This document shows, in pieces, positions 39,201 to 48,649 of a DNA stretch of 64,000 nucleotides. Every line of letters starts with the position of its first letter. The first letter of the stretch is position 1. The position numbers and the translations under genes are program-made. The notes beneath the pieces are model-generated. The model was not told where the DNA came from. It was given only the letters and a program-made list of their open reading frames with translations, and made no database searches. Where the stretch lies: positions 4,692,747 to 4,756,746 of the forward strand of contig CAJINV010000001.1 of the NCBI GenBank assembly GCA_905178155.1, read 5' to 3'. The stretch comes from Amoebophrya sp. A120 (taxonomy: Eukaryota; Protista; Dinoflagellata).

Positions 39201-42200
39201 CCGCTGCGGAGCCCGAAAGAGCGGATGGCAACAATAGTGATGCGCCGGGGGGGAGACGAGAAAGGCGAGAACAGTCTAGCTCTGCGGCTGCGACATACCC
39301 TGGCCACGTTCTGGGGCGAAGCGGGCGCCCTCGGCGTCGCAGTCCTCCTGCTGTTCGATTCCCTCGACGTCCCGCTGGCGGCCATCAACGACCCGCGCAT
39401 AAAAGTCGTCGTCTTCCAATGCGATTCCAGTCCTTGCCTAGACAACCTGGCGTCATCGAGAACGGAAGAGACATGGGTGGCGCTACGCACTGCCCTCGTC
39501 CAATTAAGCAGGGCGCTCCCGCACATCAAGTTTGTCCTGCACTGGACTCCGGGCCACAGCTCAATCTCCCCGCACACGGAGGCGGACACCTTACAAAAGG
39601 CGTCCCAACTCCCGTCCGACAGGCTCGAGCGGTACATCGAGCTCCGTATCCCCCTCCGCCAAGTTCGCAACTTCATCCGCGCCTCTCTTCGAAAGGAAAT
39701 AGTAGATGCGGTGCGTGCGCGGGGCGAAGTGTCGCAAACAGGAGCTAGCCGCGGCCTCATCTCCGCAGAACTAGGGAACGCCCGGCCCTGGCTCCGCGGC
39801 CTCAGCTCCAAACAGCAATGGATAGCGTGGTCAATCTGCAGCGGCGATGGCCGACTCGCAGCCAAGGAGGCGGGCAGCAGTGCCGGATCGTCGTGGATTC
39901 GCTGCGGCCTGTGCAGCAAAAAGGTGTCAGCGACAACAGCTCTACCGGCGTCCCAGGGCGATCCTGCCTTCTCCCAACAAGACCCGGAAGTAGTGCTTCA
40001 GCAAGACGACACAGAATTCGGCGCGATAGACATAGCATCCGCGGAACTAAAAGCGCAGCAGGACCGCGCCCCTGCGGACTACGCCAACGCCGCGACGCCT
40101 CCCGTGGCAGAAACGGCTGCTCCCGGCCCGGAACTAGAACAAGATCAAAGCAATGACGCGCCGGGAGACGTTACGGAGGATGACGCAGCACGGGAAAGCC
40201 GTAGTGCGTCCGATCGCCATGTGTTGTTCAGCGGTTACGCAGTCCATGTCCTCTCCCAGGAGTGTTCCGCGATAAAAGAATTTCTGGCAGACAACGACAT
40301 CGAAGCGACACCAAGCCACAAGGCCCTTCGAAAACCGGCCAACGCGATCCGGGCCTTCTTGTCCTGCGTCGGGCCCCCCCCGCCCCCAGCGGGAGAGTGG
40401 CCAATAGAGGCGGCCCAGAGAGAGAAGCGCGACGACAAGCCCCCCCCTCCAGCAGTGCAGAAGAACATCGAGCGAGCAGCACGAGCGTACCACCTGATGG
40501 TGGAAGCAAAGGCAATGAACCCGCCGCCCCCAGCCTCTGCTACTCAGGACCCGTCTCCCGACCCCCGCCCGCGCGACTTCGTCCCGGACGAAGCGCACCG
40601 CTTCTACACTGCCGCCCCGGACGCCACTCAACCGGAAATAGCGGACGGAGCCGCGGCAGCAATTAGGGCCCTAGAGATAGTTCAGCCGGACCGCCCGGCC
40701 CCGAAACCGGGCGCCCCGGGCCCCGCCCCGGCCCCTCCACAAAAGCCGCCGGTGCTGCTATCGGGATTCTTTCGTGACCAGACCCCCTTTCGCCACGATC
40801 CCTGGTCCCACCTGCGTCGGCCGCCCCCCGCTCCCCAGTCCCCAGCCATCACACGCAGTAGGAGCCCTCGCCTGAGATACCGCCTTCCTACGCCCATCCA
40901 CAGCGCATCATCCTGCGCTGCAGCACGCAGCTTCTCACCTCCAGTCGAGGCCCCGGAGCTGTGCCTTCGTGCCCAGACGATGCAAATGCAGGTCGCGGAG
41001 TGGAGCGACGACGAGTCGATGGGCACCGCAGCTGCCGCTGAAGATTCCCGCCTTCCCGGGCAGCCGCTGATTGAGATCCCGCCGAAAGTAGAGATACGCC
41101 TGGACCCGGTGACAGGGCTCCCCATCGGTCCTTCTGACCCAGTATTCTGGGATCCGCTGGGGGAGCTCAGCGAGGACGCCTCGCAAGACCTCGAAAGCGG
41201 GCGGCACGTCTAACAAAAATAAGCAGCTAAGGGCAGGCTTCAACGTAGAAGCGACATGAGCTCGAAGCTGAGAGAAAAGGAGCCCCGCACACGAGCATAA
41301 TCCCGCAACAACATTAAGATAGGCTTTTGGCGCCATAGCGTGCTGCTTCGGCAAAAGTGCGCTCGACGCCGACGCACTAAATAGCACCAGGTTAGAACAA
41401 AGTCAAAAGAAAGCTACTGTCGCCCGTCACCGCAAAAACTAACTTTATCATCGTCGTCGTCTGTCATCGTCCTTTTCGTACCTGGCCTGCTAGGGCCCAG
41501 CCGGCAAACATGTGGCTTTCGGAAAGCAGGCTGTAATCGCACGACCATGGCAATGCTAAAAGCGTACGACTGTCACTTCTCGTCTTACTTTCGTTTACTT
41601 CGTAGTTCTGGTCTGCGTCTGTTTTTTTTGGTTTTCTGCTCCGGCCCCTTGCATGACATCTAAAAGTACATAATAGGGACGAAGGCGTGGTTGCCGCATA
41701 GTTGCGGCCTAAGAGAGGACCGCGGGCCTGTGTTGTTGATGGAGCCCACGCATGACGAAGTAGAAGCCTCATGAAATAGTCTCTCTGTGTCCTCTTCCAA
41801 TAACAAAATCACTAAGTCAGGAGCCGCAGGAGACTCGAGCCAGCGGAACGCGCTGCGGAGCCGCGCGACGAATCGGTGAGCCAGCAAGCCGAGTCCACGG
41901 ACTGTGCATCCAAGAGCCGGAAGTGGGCTGAGATCTGTCAGTCAACGTCGGTAGACTATGCATGTCAGTGCGAGTATGTATGGCTTCTCGCAGATGTAGG
42001 GCAAGATAGTCCCCGTTGTTTTCGCCTCAGTTATCTCTCTTCTATCTATGACGCCTGCCTCGGTGCTACCAGCCACGTAGCTGAACGTGTCTCGAAGAGC
42101 CCACCTCCGTGTTTCTTCCTCAGCATACGCACAGAGCCAGCGTCAGCCACCAGCTCGCCATGAAGATAGATTCTAAGCCGTCCGCTGCGGTGCCGCTCAA

Positions 42201-45200
42201 TCAGTCCGCCTCACAACCCGCTCGCACTGTGCCGACGACTATCGCGAGATGCCCAGGGTCGTACACGTCTCTCTGGGTCCGATCTCCGTGACATACCGCT
42301 GCGGCCCACAACTCCAAGGTGTACGCGCACACTAACGGTAGCCGCCCGATCAGTAGGTAGTGGAGGACTGTCCACGCCACCAAACCCGCCTCACCAGCCT
42401 ACGACCGGCAATTCGCAGCTGTCTTTCATCTCCGCGGTTCTATGGCAAAACCGACAGCTCGATGCCCCTCCGCCCGGCGAGTGCCTCACGTCGCTCCTGC
42501 AGGGCCACCCGTCCCTCCGACTGCGCCGCGCCGGTACCTGCGTCTCGCGTGCTGCTGGACCACCATCCTCCCGTTTCATATGCTGACGTTCTTCTGTGTA
42601 TCAATCCGTCAGTTTCCCGCATTCCGGCGCTCTCCAGCCAGTTCCAGTGTTGCGGTGGGGATAAGCTTCAAGTATCTTCCTTCTCAGTAACAGGCGCTCC
42701 CAGCTCGTCGTGCCGCAAGCTCACCAGCAATTCCTCTTGGGTCGAGGCCTTTCCTCGGAGGTGGGGTTGGGCTTGGGGCGCCAGGCGTATGGACGGCTTC
42801 GCAGCTACGTCGTGATCGACAAACTGAGATCGGCGATTCTAGTTGTGTTGCTGGTCCTGTGCCAGTCGCGGGGCATGTTCGGGTGTTCCGGGCAGTGCTT
42901 AGTGCACCCCTCGGACCCCGCACCCCCCCGGGCTTTAGTCGCGCAGTCTGTTAAGCATGACAAATCCCAACATGACAAATCATTTCAACTTTGACGATTT
43001 CAAACCTGACGCTTCCATAAGCAGTACCCCGTGTGCGTGGAGGGCCCGGGCTGCAACGTGAAGAACGAGTTCATCCGCGTGTTCGCGGACTACTCCGTCT
43101 ACTCCTCGGGGATCTGCATGATCTGGGATCGCTTCTTCCCGGACACCGCGGGCGGCGCGTGGAACGGCCGCGACATTGTCAACGACGGCAACGGGTGCTT
43201 GACCCTCACACTAGGCGATCTCGGCTTCTTCGTGGACGGACGCCCCTCGTATATCTTCTCGTTGACCGAGGCCAGCACGTTCCCGCTCTCCAGGCTGGTA
43301 TCCAGGACGAAACTGTCTACCCTGGCGACGCTGGTACAAAGACGAATTTTTGTTTTTTTTCTGCAGTTTCTGGCTCGCCTTGGCAGCTCGTACAGTGCCG
43401 AAGAAGCTTGTGCTAAATTGATTTTTTTCTGCATAATTCTAATGAATTATTGATTTCGAACACAAAATCAATCGAAGTCGAACTCGAAGCAAGAACGCTC
43501 TCCACGCGAGTGACTTAACATTCGCCGCTAGTTCAATGTGATTTGTACACGTAAATCTAAAATCAATCATTCTCCCATCTCCTCAGGTGATGATCCTCCT
43601 TTTGAATTGGTTCCTGGTTTTCTGGGGATACAAGCACGACGAGAAGGTGCGCAGCGACCAGCGTGCGGGCATCATTCCGTACACTGCGTTCCACTACGAC
43701 GGCGACGGGATCCACACGCCCCAGAACGCCAACGACCCGATCGCCTACAAGTTCGCGGATAGCCGGAACCAACTCTTCCTGAAGACGTACTGGAACGTGC
43801 TGAAGCGGGAGCACTTGGCGATCGCCCCGATCTTCTACCACGAGACTTTTACGCGGCCGCAGCGGCTGCTGTGTACCATGGGGCTGATCCAGGGGCTGAT
43901 GGCGATCAACGCGATGGTGTACGGCATCCCGAACAAGTTTGCGTCCAGCGAGCAGTTCGTGATCAGCGGGATTTTATCCTCCCTGCTGATGTTCCCGGTG
44001 TACTGCGTGTTCCTGATGATGTTCACTTCGCGACCCATGCCCGCGAAGCGACGCATGATCAAGAAGCGCCAGGTGGCTCGCGAGTTGGACTTGATCAACG
44101 CCGAAAAGGAGAAGTTGATCGCGCAGTCGCAGTTGCTTCCGAAGGACGCCGCACCCATGCTGCCGATCGGCGGTCTGGCCCAGCAACAGGAGTCGATGGC
44201 GCTGTTGGCGCTGCCGCCGCCCATTGCGGGGCCGGGTCCGGGCGCAATGCTCGCGCTGCCCGGGCCGGGCGGGTTCTCCCAACCTCCGGCGCCAAAGTAC
44301 CCGCCGCCGCCGGGGTACGCGAAGGCGCTGCCGCCACCGCAGGAGCTGCTGCCACCCATCTACTTCGGACGCGCCGGCATGCCGCAACTGCCCGCGCTGC
44401 CGTCGTTCACGCCGCAGCCGAAAACCTCCACCCCGCCGCAGACCGCGGCCGCACTAGGCGGCATGCGGGCCATCACGCCACGGGGGAGGGCGCCGCTGCC
44501 GCCACCGGCCATCGGGCCGCCGGGGGAAGGACCCGGCACACCCATGGCCGCGGAAGGCGCGCATAACCTGACGCCAAACAGCGGATTCAGCACGCCGTCA
44601 CCCCTGCACGCACCAAGGGAAGGCATGCACTTCATGGTGCCGGCCTCGTCCAGCAGCAGCAGTTCGTCTTCTCGAGGTTTGTTGAGTGGCGGTAGTTCAA
44701 GTTCATCTAGTTCGTCGTCCTCTTCGAGCAGGAGAATAAATCAAAACAACTTAACATACCGAGAGGAACAACAGAACACGAGTGTCGACCCTCTTACGGT
44801 GCAGCAATATCCAGGCGTGCAACAGCCAGAGTCGTTCTGGAGCCCCGTGCGGTCCGGCGGATTCCGGTACCACCCGAATGATGAGAGGATAAGACAGGGA
44901 AATGATGTTGAGAACAGATCCAGTAGTTCGTCCTCTGCTTCGTCCGAAGCCTCGGAAAGCCCACGGGTCGCCTCACCCGCCATGAGTGCACGGGAAGCCG
45001 CGCACTCCGGCGACGAGTTCGAGGCCGAGGAAAGCATTCCCGTGAACTGGTTCGAGGGGGACCATGAAATGATGCCGCCACCACCGGGAGGAGCCGGGAG
45101 GCCCCCACCGCCCCCGAAACCGCCAGCGCTGAGTGGCATGCCGAGTCACAATCCAAATGGAGGTAAATTGATTTTTTACATTATGCGTTTTTAGTACTAA

Positions 45201-46806
45201 GAGCGAACAAAATCAAAAGCAACAAGTAGAAGAATGCTGCTGTTTCTCGACGAAAATGAACCATTTTTCTAAGCGATTTACTCGTATGATTTTTCACAAT
45301 ATCCCACTACAGCAATGTTTGAGCCGAAAACGCCGACGTTGCCACCGCCGTCAACGCGAGGGTTCATGCCCGGGACGCCGAAAGGGATGCCGCCAGTGAT
45401 ACCTTTCGGTACAATGCGTCCGGACACCATGATTCAGCGAGGTCAGCCGCCAGCCTTCCACCAGCCCCCGTTCAAGATGCCGCCGCCGCCCGGCATGCCC
45501 CGGGGCCCCGGCATGGCGGGTCCGGGAATGGCAATGGAGTTGGCACTCTCTCCCGCGGGCGGACTCCCGACGCCGGGATCCATGCTGCCGACGCCCGGAC
45601 CCATATCACCCGGCGTACCGCTACCGCCGCCGCCGCCCCGGGAGGACGATTCCGCGTTCGTCCGCAGGGTGCGGCTGATCTACATGGACCGGGTGATGCG
45701 CGAACACCAGAAGCAGGAGCTGTTGGAACTAGACGCGGTGGGTAGACCAATTCCCAACTGGATCTTCAACTTGTCGGCCGTCATGCCCTACGTCACCTGT
45801 GCGACCTTCATTCTCGCATCGATCATCATCATCCTTGTCTACGCCTTGAAGTTTGACTCCTGGCAGGAGGAATACTGGTATAGTACTTTTTAGTACCATG
45901 GATCATTGTGCAAAGGGCGTCTTCTTCGCTTTTTTGTGCAGTAGTCGGTCGTCGCATAAGAAAAAGAAAGGTTGCATCAATGAAAATCGAATGAGGAAAT
46001 CAACAAAAAATGGAAACAGGTACTATGCGAATATCATCGGTTTCTGCGTGGTCGTGTTTCTTTTGGATGTGATCCGCAGTGCGGTGATCACCATCGTGGA
46101 GCTGCGCAAGTACGAAATCCGCAAGCGCTCGCGGGCAGGCGACTTTGTGGTGCGCAAGGTGCAAAAGCAGGACGACAAGGAGGGCATTCCGGCCATTCTC
46201 AAGCCGAAGCCAAAGACCAAGGCAAAGCCAACTGCAGCGGTGCCGAAGGTCGCCCCGAAGTTCTCCAATATGGAAAGACCAAGATTCTTGCCAGAGCCAG
46301 GTACAGAAAGCTTCATGTCTTGTTCAGAATGTATGAGCGTGTAGTCTCTGCTGATGTAAAGAATTCAGGACTTGATAGAACCTACTATGACGGTGCGATG
46401 CCTTGTTTTGTTCTTTGGCCGCATGAAGATGCCATCGAGATAAAACCTTTTTCGGAAACCGTTTTTCTTGAAAATCAAAACAGAAATGGCGGCAAGTGGC
46501 GGTCCCCCGGGTATGGGAAGTAGTGCGCCGGGAAATAGGACGCCTCCGGGTGCGCGAACTCCACCGCCCGGGGCGAAAACGCCGCCGAAGATTCCGTTCG
46601 CGATGGACGGCCGGTCACCGGGGAACATAAGAGGGGACACTTCGCCGGCGGGATCGCACACGTCCAACATAAGTCAGAGCCTCAGCCAGAGTCTAGCGGC
46701 CAGGAGGGACGGCGCGGTAACACCGCCCGGCGGGCCCCGGCCTCCTCCGCCACCACCGATGGGTGGCGGACCGCCGCGACCACCTGCGCCCCCACCAGCG
46801 GGCTGA
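21254..46806 (+). CDS. Polycystin-1/PKDREJ-like protein, copy A (WSC, REJ, GAIN/GPS-like, 5 TM, Pro-rich), 13 exons
   Basis: Exons 21254-22889, 23049-24059, 24260-24711, 24890-25675, 25960-26305, 26479-27121, 27269-28306, 28472-30962, 43025-43333, 43587-45162, 45313-45877, 46020-46300, 46484-46806. WSC-like WTYIGCF..C...C..CAC..CDIPC..LCGG; REJ-like LNARFTMDPD; GPS-like CMIWD..W..GC; polycystin motif EH..FTRPQRL. Alternative start at 21818. Confidence 0.82.
25676..25954. mobile_element. Introner, family C
   Basis: tatcctatgtaaaaacgtccccacccca ... tggtgtagggacgcttttaatcaggata; imperfect TSD acacc/ccacc; site is empty in paralog B. Confidence 0.88.
31231..31252 (+). other. Retro-copied dinoflagellate spliced leader (DinoSL), complete 22 nt
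   Basis: tccgtagccattttggctcaag matches the consensus DCCGTAGCCATTTTGGCTCAAG exactly. It is followed by a 59-nt A-rich UTR and the ORF1 ATG, not by a splice donor. Confidence 0.97.
31312..33750 (+). CDS. LINE ORF1 protein (812 aa) with two Arg/Ser-rich tracts
   Basis: First ORF after the SL, in the ORF1 position. Helical N-terminus; RSRRRQSRSRRRESRSRRKSR and a C-terminal RS-rich tract. No CCHC knuckle seen. Confidence 0.78.
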   Translation: MWSVAPGANEDTTRVGAALEALRNDVAHLQKRTRVAIRCPDVFHEGQMQRNTNVTNKAEILRQLSTVMGRASMGKCQDGGSWSREQTDFFRTQTEAVAELFTEIAQAPMTVQHIRMTGNNWGEIQMAPTSALQNLLDYAIIESLNVTGKFNSPEIHIRMPRAPTKNGKGKGKGKISNSSDNPNHLPVGGIKGAGAVVLTSRSEVAARSGMRSRRRQSRSRRRESRSRRKSRIRHAHRHSRRSGSRGRKSSSANKQSDDRVLQDKERNKERSSANGGEARAQDQHQNKRVASASRSHGEGAGAAKKQRVHKSPRGESGVQEEEGDVGGRKSLPQTGAENGGPGTAITLAELQSALDNAGLADEKLATNVRNLFSKADQSKSPALCEALQHYATEVDGGDANQPQKPRTAAERQVLRKCVEQAIKSYGAAPPSHAPTPSQLIMPPPRFPPPRREIPPAAKETGQHQAVSGENNSASSEAAKQATTSSGGASDIQAAAEGPAAVSPVIVLPTTSEEESSSECTDSSSQAVPTGAEAAAGAKESPAASEETRLKPEADLAENPTDEQKGRRSAGPAAEKRESPRAAELDVQAEYLFIENSELEGRITKTVAVFDHSNQIWRYITDEASVRKTEAAQKPGLRIVKMAPEEYIASRRKEMQEAAAPTQTSGAASPYTSLRRAAGYQAPPSRARTQVGGLDDKEGARTQVDDQRRGSHDRRRRTSNQGRGRRRPDSRSPRRRCSIKASRGRPESRPRRPGNRSPTARRRESKPRRRHRSSRSRSHRRGRSNAGRRRRTQSPRTSSARADSRRRPGRREK
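34325..34441 (+). repeat. Two imperfect tandem copies of a 55-62 bp unit in the LINE inter-ORF spacer
   Basis: gccagctcgtg...ctaagg...gtagt(a/g)tcgctca...tgcaacgcgg occurs twice. Confidence 0.8.
34872..41213 (+). CDS. LINE ORF2: N-terminal extension with Zn finger, AP endonuclease, reverse transcriptase, RNase H, split C-terminal CCHC
   Basis: First ATG at 34890. CTQC..H...C near 36114. APE about 36378-37070 (LNASRG, SEAD, YLPP, AGDLN, VTF, PDLV, NSH). RT about 37550-38550 (AGQDG, WRPISLL, DIQGGFE, GLGQGTLLSP, YCDD, LGV). RNase H about 39155-39595 (ATDSG, GEAGAL, CDS, HWTPGH, EAD). CGLC...HVLSQEC. Confidence 0.95.
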   Translation: MPGRSQMATVRGRMVARLEDLAPILEHPAVPAPNAQPDQPPAPPLPGPAREPVPAEDAATVQPKHAFILRAALEPAGTRMKLVKVVRAASKRLAAGLRAAKEHQLLLEMGPHCHRELMNKAASRSRDEQSRAQRGEVEETERIIRAGLCIPGSPMSYHDEIAMAVWRACSAKTGPLATCPTSFPAYTGAWPMCAAADDGVALRRTDHAFIVDPRNGLPDGLKRAAFPGGGYIAADWPSSPSASLASAGIRHTGNRVDMDFAKANATKAFARRLEATAKQSHFWTAADGRKAADEPTEEDMICAPERQISTRNIAINSGCRHGRCADCVAEGRALLPVSRPHNDIVHPYFASFLSVESVPKSGKPAGKWFPKAGDRGARPQAADPPDPAAPVFLWVPAEAESLFSPETWPTKMWRCTQCGEASGHASMMLAHVVLCRIGRLGRLSDTALAKLTGWARGERSGLIRHGRLMEPTTTTSYDLAALRLNLCHAIPPEDREWSKSRPFILLVLNASRGLATQWPCLVHEIQASQALAVVVSEADILTPDIRPKVLDLLNITLRGRYFIWQSERSLVLVAHSLRPAAHAKVQALPGAPTLVAMQLAHDDIAGELVAGYLPPASTGDRVSLREQQQAVVKYLEEAGPSVCALAGDLNVSTGAVLAERPKRNAFRDQITAAAEPAGLRPCLDPGDVTFLAADRQPDLVLLRPRAASTKIVTTIQTPKFLPANANSHERIDCELRPAGSREEEARAAQPQKQLQPGLVRRFVYQWASFPQDLLDRVLARARKALADPDPDEEFTSASLGRILRAENAPKRKAPIPAAHLTLLRGDGTLSQSTAESMEEFRCRLLEGKPAGLRRPPEEQQLLEAEIRAIIDRAPDCPIECTRDLAAKAQRRRNKSAAAGQDGVPAGLLLASFSLCWAICAAVCAALNNFSEPPWSKQYLIAWLWKSSKQGTTKFLSRFWRPISLLNVQDKFCEAIIYEIGLPLLSEFHDNTAFHKSLSPAVGILRALLIAMQSSSKYAACIIGDIQGGFENCSMKEIVEVLASRGASKQLLTAVVHWMTGRTIRLLVDGCMSATIALGEGLGQGTLLSPGYFRIVVESYLNQLGLRSNFLEVVTGYCDDIAIFCTGETEAEIKEKLRDRGNKLLRMPWPVADFRIAVLRSPAHASGDEKALASFLRGFSVTLENGLRLQPPEIEVVLDSDASTAVRVRGQGKRYNKAAYAAVLGVPLTTSGEAWRSHFGDLQRRVFASSTDTSSTDDFSPLEGVDHFHQKIYNVLQYMSSVKSMLCPSALVTLDDMAEKALRRIMKISPTAPAYSTFLSAGAVVPSSAALAERTALCAQAIGLDDKNFARDMTVGELFDLRRPGWTHLNISHERHPSEHLPDAVQITNAAATFEKYGLPHAKANTPEVAKMLRADFEALERTLGPGLLWVATDSGDAPPTPGEPLRSPKERMATIVMRRGGDEKGENSLALRLRHTLATFWGEAGALGVAVLLLFDSLDVPLAAINDPRIKVVVFQCDSSPCLDNLASSRTEETWVALRTALVQLSRALPHIKFVLHWTPGHSSISPHTEADTLQKASQLPSDRLERYIELRIPLRQVRNFIRASLRKEIVDAVRARGEVSQTGASRGLISAELGNARPWLRGLSSKQQWIAWSICSGDGRLAAKEAGSSAGSSWIRCGLCSKKVSATTALPASQGDPAFSQQDPEVVLQQDDTEFGAIDIASAELKAQQDRAPADYANAATPPVAETAAPGPELEQDQSNDAPGDVTEDDAARESRSASDRHVLFSGYAVHVLSQECSAIKEFLADNDIEATPSHKALRKPANAIRAFLSCVGPPPPPAGEWPIEAAQREKRDDKPPPPAVQKNIERAARAYHLMVEAKAMNPPPPASATQDPSPDPRPRDFVPDEAHRFYTAAPDATQPEIADGAAAAIRALEIVQPDRPAPKPGAPGPAPAPPQKPPVLLSGFFRDQTPFRHDPWSHLRRPPPAPQSPAITRSRSPRLRYRLPTPIHSASSCAAARSFSPPVEAPELCLRAQTMQMQVAEWSDDESMGTAAAAEDSRLPGQPLIEIPPKVEIRLDPVTGLPIGPSDPVFWDPLGELSEDASQDLESGRHV

Positions 46807-48649
46807 GCCGCAGCGCAGTCGCGATTGGGGAAAAAATTAGTCTACCCACCTAAAAGATCCAGCTTCAAAAAATTCCTAGAATGATATAGCACAATAGAAG
46901 TGGTCTACGCACCGTAAAGAAACTGAAATTGACAATAGCAAGCGTCTGATAAACGTCAAAAGTCCAATATGCGGTTGAAAGACTAAGCGTTCAAAGTATC
47001 CACTACAGTTCTTCTACAATACAATATGCACAAGTTCATCAGGAAATCTTCTACTACTTACTTACAAAAGTTCCAAGAAACCACAGACACTGTTATTTGA
47101 TTCATAGATACTAGCAGAAAGCAAGGTAGATTGAAACAGAATCAGAATCTCTCGAAAAGCCTAGACTCTCGAAAGGGAAGAAAGAAAGACTCTCTCGGTA
47201 CACTTAGGAATGTGACAATATGGCTTCAAAGATGAGCACTACTCCTCGACGAAGGACCGCGAAAATGTAAGAATAGGACCCATAAATAGCTGTACTAAAG
47301 CAGTAGACACGTTTCAAAAACACTACTCTTACATCACACAGAAGACCGCTTCAACTACTACTGGTTCCCGTATTCAGGTGGATGCAGTAGCTTTGTTGTG
47401 GTACTAGTGTCACTGCTACACGGTTTCAGCGTGCTCAGTGGAAGCAACGTTTCAGAATTAATAATAGTTTCTAATACAACCAAATTGACTCGCTTCGTTT
47501 CCAGTTTATCAATTTGCTTCACTAAGATCTCTGCAGTTGTGCGTGTATGAAACTACGAAGCGCTTCTGTCGCTTCCGCCTGGAAGGCTCCCTCTTGCTAT
47601 CAAATAGTCACCGAGACATAACAAGAGGTGCGGGCTGTCCAGTTGGGGGCTCTGCGTCGGCGTTAGCGCTAACATAGCTACTTATCATGCCGCACAAAGA
47701 TAGTGGTTTTCGATACTGTATTCACTGTACTATGCAGTTCTACTCTACTCTGGATAGTCATAGTTAGGAATTGATTGCATAAATGTAGCAGTTCTAGCAC
47801 TACATCTTGAGCTTTCTTTACTCGCCTCGGTGCATTGTGAAGAAGGTTTTGAAACCTTTTTGTGTACCTGCATGCCTGCCAAATCCAAATCCGTGGACCT
47901 TTTATTTGGGCTCCATTGAGGTGTTAGCTATCAAAAAGTTGTAGGCGCGCGCGCCGCGGTGTGGGCGCGACGAAGGGAGACCGGTCCGCTGTGTTCTTGG
48001 TCCTCGATACAGTCGTTGCGCCACGGATTCCGGTCGTTTGTCGTGTTCACACGAGGTCGTTCTTTTTCGTGATTGATGGCTTACTTTCATTACTGGTGGA
48101 AAGAAAACGATCGGCGATGTTGAGCATTGATCCATGATGTCGCAGCTAACGAGGGTGCGTATGATCAAAAGACGATCCAAGAGAAAAAAAGCTGCCTCGG
48201 GCATCCTTTGTTTTCGTTGTCTTTTTCGTGGGGTGAATGTGAAGAAGATGAGAATGCGTGCAGTTGTGATGTTGAGGAGAGTTGAGCACTTGCTTCGATA
48301 TTCGGGAAGGCAGTGAATAAGCGATGATCTTCTGCGAAAGTGCGATGCTCTAAGCGATGCTTGAAACCTCGAACATGAACTCGAACCCCAACCCCGCCGC
48401 ACTTCCGCGCGTCCAAGTGGAGGATGAATTATAGTGATGATGATGATGATGATGCAGTACAAAGTAAGGAAGATCCTAGTCACGGAGTCAGGCTTGGAGC
48501 GGTCGTCTGACTGTGCGACCTTGCCTACCGCTTGTGACTTTTCCAGCTCATGTCCTAGATTAAAAACAAGGAACAAGGAAGAGAAGAAAATGAGTAGAAA
48601 GAAGTCCGACATATTTTAGTGCCCGCAAGAAACACGTATAGAACCAAAG

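Larger units (their letters stand above)
31231..42970 (+). mobile_element. Full-length non-LTR retrotransposon (LINE; ORF1 plus APE-RT-RNase H ORF2) starting with DinoSL
   Basis: Duplication catgacaaa(tc) at 31222-31232 and 42971-42981. Two long uninterrupted ORFs, 1.1-kb spacer, 1.75-kb 3' region, no LTRs, no poly(A). Confidence 0.93.
30963..43019. mobile_element. Introner, family B (about 308 bp), expanded to 12 kb by a nested LINE
   Basis: Left TIR tatgggagcgtcaggtttgaaatcgacaaagttgaaatgatttgtcatgcataaaatgca. Right TIR split between 31211-31232 and 42971-43019. TSD agcag at 30958-30962 and 43020-43024; removal gives NAQQYPVCVEG. Confidence 0.93.

Noticed and set aside
29550-39919. Long antisense or alternate-frame ORFs such as 29550-31040, 32784-33902, 35840-37465 and 38684-39919
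   Set aside because: They are shadows of GC-rich coding frames with no recognisable motifs.
31312-41213. LTR or DIRS retrotransposon, or a transposase for the introners
   Set aside because: No LTRs, protease, integrase, tyrosine recombinase or DDE transposase seen. The APE-RT-RNase H order is non-LTR, and no autonomous introner partner is visible in this window.
48435-48454. (GAT)n microsatellite giving a poly-Met ORF
   Set aside because: Ordinary short repeat in intergenic DNA.
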